The notes below the pieces were generated by a model, which saw nothing but the letters and a program-made list of their open reading frames with translations, was not told the origin of the DNA and did no database searches. 64,000 bases of DNA from the IMG/VR virus record IMGVR_UViG_3300008261_000059, positions 1 to 64,000 of that record. One strand, given 5' to 3'. The DNA is from an uncultured virus (IMG/VR IMGVR_UViG_3300008261_000059) (taxonomy: Duplodnaviria; Heunggongvirae; Uroviricota; Caudoviricetes). A program made the position numbers and the translations under genes. Below, piece after piece: positions 57,571 to 64,000 of this stretch (position 1 is the stretch's first letter; the number at the start of each line of letters is the position of its first letter).

Positions 57571-57629
57571 ATCATAGCAGATGCAGGGTCGTTTGTAAAG
57601 TGTTATGTGCCAGAAGGATTAGTGGCACA
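57571..57629 (-). promoter_or_regulatory. Early promoter with palindromic element
   Basis: tgtgcca-N10-tggcaca at 57606-57629; TTTACA-N17-TATGAT. Confidence 0.8.
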
Positions 57630-57809
57630 AGTGGTATCAAACATCATACCATTTCATTTCATTGAAGTGTTCTTGATAGAAGAACTCATCAATTTTGTTA
57701 TCAACAATACTCAAGAGTTGATTGTAATGTTTCATCCCTTGAGTGCAAACAAGTTCAAGAACATCAAAGTTCTTTTGACAATAACCGTAGGTGTCAAGTT
57801 TAAGCATCA

Positions 57810-58040
57810 TCAATAAGACTCGATTTCGGCAAGTTTCTTTTGTTGACGCAGTTCTTTTACAATCATTTGGAGTTCAGAAATGTCTTCATTCAGAATAGTA
57901 AGGTCATCATACATCATTTCTGCTTGATAAGCACTCCTGCACTTTTTGTATTGCTTGGAAAGTTTATCGAACTTTTTCTTTGCTTCCTTGAGGTCTTTTT
58001 CATACTCGGGAAGTGTTTTTTCGAATTGTTGATAATTCAT
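57810..58040 (-). CDS. Coiled-coil hypothetical protein
   Basis: Track ORF. Confidence 0.6.
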   Translation of the reverse strand: MNYQQFEKTLPEYEKDLKEAKKKFDKLSKQYKKCRSAYQAEMMYDDLTILNEDISELQMIVKELRQQKKLAEIESY

Positions 58041-58185
58041 TTGAGATAAGGACTAGACCAGTAAGAACGAAAAACGGAATAAACGATAACAACAGTGCTG
58101 ATAACACCAACCAAACCGATAAAGGTAATGGCATCACTTGTAACTGCGTAAGTTTCGGGCATAACCTCGACTTGTTTACCTTGTA

Positions 58186-58244
58186 ATCATAGCACCTTTG
58201 AGGTGCGGAATCAAGTGAAAATGGACAGTCCAAAAACCGTCCAT
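58186..58244 (-). promoter_or_regulatory. Early promoter with variant palindrome
   Basis: atggaca-N10-cgtccat at 58221-58244; TTGATT-N17-TATGAT. Confidence 0.7.
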
Positions 58245-58264
58245 CGTTATACATATGTATTCAA

Positions 58265-58555
58265 TCAACCAACCACTTTTTGGTAGGTAATCCGAATATC
58301 TTGTGCGAAATCATCTCGTTTCTGTTGCGTAGTAAGGTTTGCAACTACGAATCGAATAGTTGCATAAACACCCACAACTTGCATCAGGGAATTGAAAACA
58401 GGGATGCTATCAACAATCTCTACAAGTCCATGAAGAAGAACTTGAGAGACAATAACTACAGCAAAGATGCCAGCAGTCAGTCCAACTTTCTTTAGCACAT
58501 CATCAGTCACATTTTCAGTGTAGAAGTCTTTAACAGTGGAAAAATCAAATTGCAT
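58265..58555 (-). CDS. CAAD/CurT (thylakoid curvature)-like membrane protein
   Basis: Two hydrophobic helices with VDSIPVFNSLMQVVGVYATIRFV..L.....RDDF....QKVVG, matching the CAAD pattern. Confidence 0.65.
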   Translation of the reverse strand: MQFDFSTVKDFYTENVTDDVLKKVGLTAGIFAVVIVSQVLLHGLVEIVDSIPVFNSLMQVVGVYATIRFVVANLTTQQKRDDFAQDIRITYQKVVG

Positions 58556-58739
58556 TGTTTTGGAAAATAAATTACTTGTCAAAAATTTCTAGGAACTTAT
58601 CAATCTCTTCAATCTTTGCAGTATAGTCTGCAACTAGGTCTGCGTGGGGATAATTATAGTATTCTGGTCGTTTCATGCAATCGAGCAAATGTTGCTTAAC
58701 TGCCTTTCTGATTTCACATTCAATTTGTATTCCAGACAT

Positions 58740-59045
58740 TTATTCTTCAGTAGGTACTGGTGGAGGAGGAGGTACTGGGGCAATAGGTTTTTGAACAACT
58801 ACTGGTTTTTGTTCAATCTGAGTAGGTGCTACCTGATTGTTGGGAACTACAATTTCCGAAGTTTCAGCAGGAGCAGGGATTGATGTTTGTTCAATTTTCT
58901 GTTCAAGTTGCTCAATCTTTTGGTCCAGAACACTTGGAGGAACTTCCGAATTTGATTGTGCTAATTTCCAACCAGCAGTCGCAGCACCAAAAATACTAGC
59001 AAGTGCTGCAACTACAGAAATAGTAGATTGAAACTTACTCACCAT
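58740..59045 (-). CDS. Membrane-anchored proline-rich protein
   Basis: N-terminal hydrophobic helix, coiled coil, PVPPPPPVP tail. Confidence 0.6.
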   Translation of the reverse strand: MVSKFQSTISVVAALASIFGAATAGWKLAQSNSEVPPSVLDQKIEQLEQKIEQTSIPAPAETSEIVVPNNQVAPTQIEQKPVVVQKPIAPVPPPPPVPTEE

Positions 59046-59302
59046 TCACCTCGTTGAATCAGAATCTTTTTGATTTCGTTAAAAATAAACTTCTTAAGTT
59101 TTGCATCATCAGTTGCTACATAAGCACTATGTAAACGATGCAGGTACTCCTCTTGAGTGCTGAGTTTGACTACCTTTACATTAGTCACACCAAGGTCACG
59201 CATCGGAGAACCTGCTTTTACTTTAGCACGTCCGAAGTTTCCAGATACAACACCTTGAGTGCGGAGTTTGGGTTTGATTTTGGAGAGATTTGAGTCCGTC
59301 AT
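59039..59302 (-). CDS. Conserved cyanophage hypothetical protein
   Basis: SNLSKIKPKLRTQGVVSGNFGRAKVKAGS. Confidence 0.65.
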   Translation of the reverse strand: MTDSNLSKIKPKLRTQGVVSGNFGRAKVKAGSPMRDLGVTNVKVVKLSTQEEYLHRLHSAYVATDDAKLKKFIFNEIKKILIQRGEW

Positions 59303-59324
59303 TACCCTTTTTGAGGATGCTCTT

Positions 59325-59383
59325 ATTATAGGGCAAAACCGACCCCGTGGGAGGGGTGCTGTGCCAGTTCCATAAGTGTCAGT
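59325..59383 (-). promoter_or_regulatory. Early promoter with palindromic element
   Basis: tgtgcca-N10-tgtcagt at 59360-59383; -10 TATAAT 29 bp away. Confidence 0.7.
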
Positions 59384-59990
59384 CGGTGGTCAAATGACGG
59401 TACTGTAATTTATCCATATAATGATAAATTGTATTATCATTATAAAACTCATAGAACCTTTGTGGGTTCCTTTCTCTCATCTTTGTCAACATATTCACCC
59501 ATTGATAATCACAATCAATTTCATATCCAATGTGTCTCTCATTCATTTTTATTTCTCTCGTCTAGATAATCAAATAATGGTGAATACAGAACAAAAAAGA
59601 ACCAAGCAAAAGAAGCAGAGATGATTAGAAGGTAAATCATCACCAAGGACCAACGTTTTTATAATACTCTGGATTTTCTGCTTTCATCATCTTCAGCAGG
59701 ACACGATTTAGAAAAGGATAATGTGGTTCCCAAACTGAGAGTGAACCTGCATCTGCACAAGACCGAATTGCCTTATATGCGGAATCATATTCTTCTTGAG
59801 TCAGTTCAATGCTAATCATCGTTTCAACAAAGCAAGTTGACGTTCAAACTCAAACTTCATTGGAAGAAGATGAGATACAAAAAAATGCTCGTATTCATTT
59901 CCTTCAACAATCTTTGATAGATTGTTAATCTGAATAAGAGCAAGATTGAACTTAATTTGTTTATCCATTAGTGAGTTGTTTCATACCCCT

Positions 59991-60049
59991 ATTATAGGGC
60001 ATCCAAGTCCCCACCGTGCCTATCAGTGGACAGTTCAAATGCTGGTTCA
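59991..60049 (-). promoter_or_regulatory. Early promoter with degenerate palindrome
   Basis: gtggaca-N10-tggttca at 60026-60049; -10 TATAAT 29 bp away. Confidence 0.65.
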
Positions 60050-60198
60050 ACATACCCAATCTTTACATCTGCAAAGAAATTGTTTAGGATTTCATCGCAG
60101 AGTTGGTATTTCCTACTACTCAATGAAACAGAGTTCATCTGATATTGACGCACTGCATCATAGATTACTTTTTTGTGTTCTTTAGAGAGTTCATTCAT
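59992..60198 (-). CDS. Hypothetical protein
   Basis: MNELSKEHKKVIYDAVRQYQ; its 3' end runs through the promoter. Confidence 0.5.
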   Translation of the reverse strand: MNELSKEHKKVIYDAVRQYQMNSVSLSSRKYQLCDEILNNFFADVKIGYVEPAFELSTDRHGGDLDAL

Positions 60199-60487
60199 CG
60201 CACTTGCTCTTTTCGTTGTGTATAAGTCAAATCAAACAAAGTAGTCAGAATATCAACACAATCATTATATAATTGTATGTCTTGAATGTTATTATGTTGA
60301 TATTTGCGAACAGCAGCAACAACTATTTCCAATTGTTCTTTACTGAGATTGTTCATTTTTCAGTTTATCAAGATGGTCGGTAATTGCTTTAGTAAAATCT
60401 TCTTCAGTCCAATCATTTAAGATACTTTCAGTTGGGTCATTCTCATCCCAACTGATTGTAAATGTTCCATCATCTTCTTCTTTACAT

Positions 60488-60706
60488 TCAATCATTTTCT
60501 GTCTCCCAAGGTGCTTTACGATTCATAATCTCTCTAAATCTTTCTACTGCTTTTGGGTCTGGTGGTTTATTGATTGCTTCTACAAGAGCATCATATGCTT
60601 CTTTGCTTACATACATCTTTTGTGGTTTCATACCAAGATGCTTGAGACACTTTCGTTCGTATCTCCACTCTTTATACCTATACCACAATGACCATAGAAA
60701 ATTCAT
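60488..60706 (-). CDS. Protein with DUF1778/TacA-like C-terminal segment
   Basis: VSKEAYDALVEAINKPPDP..VERFREIMNRKAPWE. Confidence 0.5.
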   Translation of the reverse strand: MNFLWSLWYRYKEWRYERKCLKHLGMKPQKMYVSKEAYDALVEAINKPPDPKAVERFREIMNRKAPWETEND

Positions 60707-60951
60707 CTTTTAAGTACCTCAGAATAATATGGGTCTCTTCCTGATAGATTATATGGGTCAAAACCTGGTTGAGACATTATATATTCATCTGTCATTTGCA
60801 TAAATCCACTTGATAGTTCTTCAAAAAACATAAGTCTATCAATATTATCATCCAAATTCAAACGAGCGTCAATACAATTCTTCCAAGACCAATAGATATC
60901 ATCAATCCACTGTTTCATCTGAGTAATTAACATAGAGATTGTCACCACCAA
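60703..60951 (-). CDS. Hypothetical protein
   Basis: Track ORF; start probably at MKQWID. Confidence 0.5.
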   Translation of the reverse strand: MVVTISMLITQMKQWIDDIYWSWKNCIDARLNLDDNIDRLMFFEELSSGFMQMTDEYIMSQPGFDPYNLSGRDPYYSEVLKR

Positions 60952-61087
60952 TGTTTAGATGAAAAATTTGCCCGTTGTTGAGATAGATTCCCAACCATAC
61001 CGCACGACCTTCTTCCATTGTTTCATAATGGACCATCTTCACATCTTCCAGAACAATCTCATCTGGATTCTTTACAAAACGACTCAT
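60902..61087 (-). CDS. Hypothetical protein
   Basis: NPDEIVLEDVKMVHYETME..VWLGIY. Confidence 0.55.
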   Translation of the reverse strand: MSRFVKNPDEIVLEDVKMVHYETMEEGRAVWLGIYLNNGQIFHLNIGGDNLYVNYSDETVD

Positions 61088-61422
61088 CGCATTACCTCTG
61101 TTGCACTTGCATCACCGTAGTTCAGATAACCAAAACGTTCCATAACATAACCCTCAAAGTCAGTAGCATCAGATTCGGCAACATAATGCCCACCATTGTT
61201 ATCACTCTCAGTATAGTTTCCAAGATAGTCATTGAAAACCATAAAGATTGCTGCTGCCTTTGCCCTTTCAGCATCGGTAGTAATCACGAGAGGATAAGTA
61301 ATAATCTTTGTGATACACTCAAACAGTTCTTCACGAGTGTAAGAAAATGCTTTTGCTTCTGGATTAAGGTCGTAAGTCATCAGGATACAAGAACGAGGAT
61401 TAGAACAATAACAAAACCCCAA
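61084..61422 (-). CDS. Hypothetical protein
   Basis: Track ORF; start probably at MTYDLNP. Confidence 0.55.
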   Translation of the reverse strand: MGFCYCSNPRSCILMTYDLNPEAKAFSYTREELFECITKIITYPLVITTDAERAKAAAIFMVFNDYLGNYTESDNNGGHYVAESDATDFEGYVMERFGYLNYGDASATEVMR

Positions 61423-61504
61423 GGAATATTCAAACTAATGACTTCTCCCTTGTCGTTTCTGTCGGCATATGGAACAAAAAACTTGATAATATCAAGTGTG
61501 TTCA

Positions 61505-61744
61505 TCAACCAACTCCATATGCTTCAAGAATCCCACGAGCAAGAGCAATTGCCAAATCCTTCTGTGCGATACTCATATCTTCACGAGCACCACCAGAACA
61601 AGAAGTAATGAAAATACCAGCATTATCTACCGTGAGTTCTACTCGTTCAGTTTCATTCTCATCAGCAGGATTAGTCCAAGTAAAGACATCAATCTTACTG
61701 CGGAGCACATCAGTTCCAGGCAGTAAAGTGTAGAAGTTAGACAT
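61505..61744 (-). CDS. Hypothetical early protein
   Basis: First ORF after the promoter at 61768-61826. Confidence 0.6.
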   Translation of the reverse strand: MSNFYTLLPGTDVLRSKIDVFTWTNPADENETERVELTVDNAGIFITSCSGGAREDMSIAQKDLAIALARGILEAYGVG

Positions 61745-61767
61745 TAGAGTTCTGTGTGTATGAGTGT

Positions 61768-61826
61768 ATTATAAGGCATCAAGGTCGGTTCTGGTGTGTC
61801 CTTGTGACGGTTGTTCAGGTGTCACA
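61768..61826 (-). promoter_or_regulatory. Early promoter with palindromic element
   Basis: cttgtgac...gtcacaag inverted repeat (core 61803-61826); -10 TATAAT 29 bp away. Confidence 0.75.
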
Positions 61827-62179
61827 AGACTTCTCAACACCTTACGAAGAAACTGAATAGAACCATAAAACTCTTGACCATCTTGCCCACCAATCACAAT
61901 CCAATCAACCTCTTCTAATGCAAGTCGGATTTTCTCATTTGTGGTGAGTTCCTCAAATGATTTCTTTGCAAGTTCCTCTCTTTCTTTCCATTCAATAGCA
62001 GCAAGTTGTTGTAGAGCATCACCATTTTCATCCATCAGTTTTTCTACTGCTTCCCATGCTTTGTTTTCTGCTTCTCTTTGAGCAGCAATCTCAAGCATTT
62101 CTTCGTGTGTAGGATGGTCAGTCATTTTGTTCTGCCTCGTATGATTGTTGAAATTCAAGTTGTCGTTCAAGTGCTTCAA
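61769..62179 (-). CDS. Hypothetical protein
   Basis: Track ORF; start probably at MTDHPT. Confidence 0.55.
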   Translation of the reverse strand: MKHLNDNLNFNNHTRQNKMTDHPTHEEMLEIAAQREAENKAWEAVEKLMDENGDALQQLAAIEWKEREELAKKSFEELTTNEKIRLALEEVDWIVIGGQDGQEFYGSIQFLRKVLRSLVTPEQPSQGHTRTDLDAL

Positions 62180-62384
62180 TACGATTTGTAAGGTCAGTCA
62201 ATACAGAAATCAGAGAACGATAATCAATCGTTTCAGTATCATTTCCATACTCCATATCTGTGTAATTGGAATAAAGGAGTTGGTTTGCCATATCGTTGCT
62301 ATTCATTATAAAATACGAATCCAGTTGCTGTCTGTTCATCGTAGTAATAATACTCTTGAAAGACTCCATTTGTAAAGTCTTCAA
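62118..62384 (-). CDS. Hypothetical protein
   Basis: C-terminal coiled coil; true start probably near MNSNDM. Confidence 0.5.
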   Translation of the reverse strand: MKTLQMESFKSIITTMNRQQLDSYFIMNSNDMANQLLYSNYTDMEYGNDTETIDYRSLISVLTDLTNRIEALERQLEFQQSYEAEQND

Positions 62385-62598
62385 GTGTTTCTAATTCATC
62401 ACTACCTGTTGAGTGATAGCAGTCTTCTACAAAGTTTTCAAATGACCCAACAGGACCACAGAACCTATCGGGAAACTTTTCTATGCTTTTATCAGGGAAC
62501 AGTTCATAGTATGTGTCTAATACTTCCTGCCCGTATTCTTCTAGGATTTCTTCAAGAGTCATACATTCCACTCTCTTGCTTCCCAATCCATCAGACAC
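62299..62598 (-). CDS. Acidic protein, distant ArdA-like
   Basis: EYGQEVLDTYYELF...FPDRFCG...FENFVEDCY...GFVF parallels 46489..46896. Confidence 0.45.
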   Translation of the reverse strand: MSDGLGSKRVECMTLEEILEEYGQEVLDTYYELFPDKSIEKFPDRFCGPVGSFENFVEDCYHSTGSDELETLEDFTNGVFQEYYYYDEQTATGFVFYNE

Positions 62599-62753
62599 AT
62601 ATTAGTTTGTTGCTTGTCTGTGTAGTTATCATAAGCATATTGTCGGCACTCTTCTTCTGTGCCCTCAAATAGCATTTCATAAAGTTTATGGTCTCCATCA
62701 TAGGTAAACTTATAAAGTCCCCACTCATCATAGCAGTCAGGAAAGAAAGGCAT
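62559..62753 (-). CDS. Small acidic protein
   Basis: Track ORF; coupled to its neighbour. Confidence 0.55.
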   Translation of the reverse strand: MPFFPDCYDEWGLYKFTYDGDHKLYEMLFEGTEEECRQYAYDNYTDKQQTNMCLMDWEAREWNV

Positions 62754-62998
62754 TAGAGTTCCTCCACCTCCAATTCAACAGCAAGGTTCAGTATAGCATC
62801 CTTTACCCAGTTCTGTCCTTTGATGAAATAATGTTTTTCCATACTCAACTCTCGCTCAGGGTCTGGTTCAATATTGAGACCTTCTACTGCTTCACGAAGA
62901 GCAGCAGCAACGGCAGAATTATCATAATAATATGGACCTGGACCCAACTTACTATAATACTCATTCATTACTTGTTGTGCTCTGGTTTTTCTACTCAT
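62753..62998 (-). CDS. Hypothetical protein
   Basis: RAQQVMNEY...AVAAALREAV...ILNLAVELE. Confidence 0.6.
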   Translation of the reverse strand: MSRKTRAQQVMNEYYSKLGPGPYYYDNSAVAAALREAVEGLNIEPDPERELSMEKHYFIKGQNWVKDAILNLAVELEVEEL

Positions 62999-63846
62999 CG
63001 TAGTTTCTCCCTAATCATTCGGATACACTGATTCCATTTATAACTGTTAGTGTCGTGTTCTGTTGGCAACCACAAACTAATTTCATCTACCAAAGTCTCA
63101 ATAGAAGTTTCCATATCCCAATCACTATGAGTTGTGAATACATCTTCCCACCAATCATAAATCAAATCAGTAAGATTTTGTGGTTTATTTTTTTCTCTCC
63201 ATTCTTTGATAAGGTCAAGAGAGTTCTTGAAGTTCTTATCATTATCTTCCTCATCAATCAGTTTTTGAGTTTCTTTCCAGTTTTCTGTTTGTTGTGCTTT
63301 TATAAATGCCTCCCTCATTCCTTTTTCGGTTTCTTCAGGTGTTTGTGGTTTCAACCAATCTAATGGGTCTGTATCTGGATGTTCTTCACACCACTTCACA
63401 CTCTCCTTCACAACTCTTTCTACATCCTTATGAAGTCGTTCTCCCCGTTCTTGTGCGGTTTCTTGATACTCTCCTACCTTATAATCTTTCTGTGCGGACT
63501 TATATCCATTCGCAAAGTGCATCCAAGTTGAACTTTTACGAATAGGGTCAGTATCTGGATAATAGGTATAAAGTCTCTTGAATGCTTCTTCTACTGGTGA
63601 TTTTGTTTTTTCCAGTTCCTCCAAGAATGAGAGTTTGGATTGAAGCACTTTGATTTGTGCTTTTACTTCTTCAATTTCAGTCATAGGAGTTTCGTATTGT
63701 ACGGGTTCGTCAGTCATTTTAACTTCCTTTACAGCATTATCTACAAGTTGTTGTGCTATTCTAGCACATTCTTCTTGTTCTTTCTTTCCAAGAGGTCCAT
63801 AAACTTGTTCCATTAGTTGTTGAAAATCCTTTTCAATACCAAACAT
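62995..63846 (-). CDS. Hypothetical modular protein
   Basis: 283-aa track ORF on the coding strand. Confidence 0.6.
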   Translation of the reverse strand: MFGIEKDFQQLMEQVYGPLGKKEQEECARIAQQLVDNAVKEVKMTDEPVQYETPMTEIEEVKAQIKVLQSKLSFLEELEKTKSPVEEAFKRLYTYYPDTDPIRKSSTWMHFANGYKSAQKDYKVGEYQETAQERGERLHKDVERVVKESVKWCEEHPDTDPLDWLKPQTPEETEKGMREAFIKAQQTENWKETQKLIDEEDNDKNFKNSLDLIKEWREKNKPQNLTDLIYDWWEDVFTTHSDWDMETSIETLVDEISLWLPTEHDTNSYKWNQCIRMIREKLR

Positions 63847-64000
63847 TACAGGTTCTCCAATTCATCACATACATCAAGTATAGCACGAGCATCAAGCAGG
63901 AAATCCTCACCTTCAAGGCAGTTATAGTATTGGAGTTCAAATACTAACTCACGAAGAACATTAGCAACCGCATCATTATTGAGTTTTTGGATGATAAAAT
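63846..64000 (-). CDS. Hypothetical protein (partial, start outside window)
   Basis: ...VANVLRELVFELQYYNCLEGEDFLLDARAILDVCDELENL*; stop overlaps the next ATG. Confidence 0.55.
   Translation of the reverse strand, partial: FIIQKLNNDAVANVLRELVFELQYYNCLEGEDFLLDARAILDVCDELENL

Noticed and set aside
42798..61826. Palindromes as NtcA or CRP sites, or as terminators
   Set aside because: Spacing and arms differ from GTA-N8-TAC and TGTGA-N6-TCACA; no U-tracts follow; the fixed distance to -10 boxes fits an operator

Overview
This is a 64 kb segment of a large T4-like cyanomyovirus genome (Kyanoviridae-like; taxonomy inferred from protein families and promoter types), with virtually all genes on the minus strand. 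1-37.2 kb is the late virion block: gp25, gp6, a gp7-like baseplate gene apparently split around a fibre cassette, gp8, a DUF4815/VrlC-like protein and repetitive structural proteins, with TAAATA late promoters. 37.2-40 kb carries speD and conserved cyanophage genes. 40-41 kb is a non-coding, origin-like region with iteron-like palindromes, a cluster of TTTTCCACA DnaA-type boxes, GAGTC repeats, divergent promoters and an AT-rich tract. 41-64 kb is an early/accessory region of small genes; together with one copy in the origin-like region, 15 promoters here share a GNCA-N10-TGNC palindrome 28-30 bp upstream of a -10 box. The early region encodes a MutH/Sau3AI-like nuclease next to a Dam-type methylase, an SF2 helicase, an HNH nuclease, a metallophosphoesterase, tRNA-Arg(UCU), ArdA-like proteins and a CAAD/CurT-like protein. 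The main leads are (i) the MutH-Dam pair together with an almost complete absence of GATC from 41.6-64 kb while GATC is common in the structural block, (ii) the DnaA-box/iteron origin-like locus, and (iii) the palindromic early-promoter regulon. All family assignments come from motif recognition by eye, not database searches.
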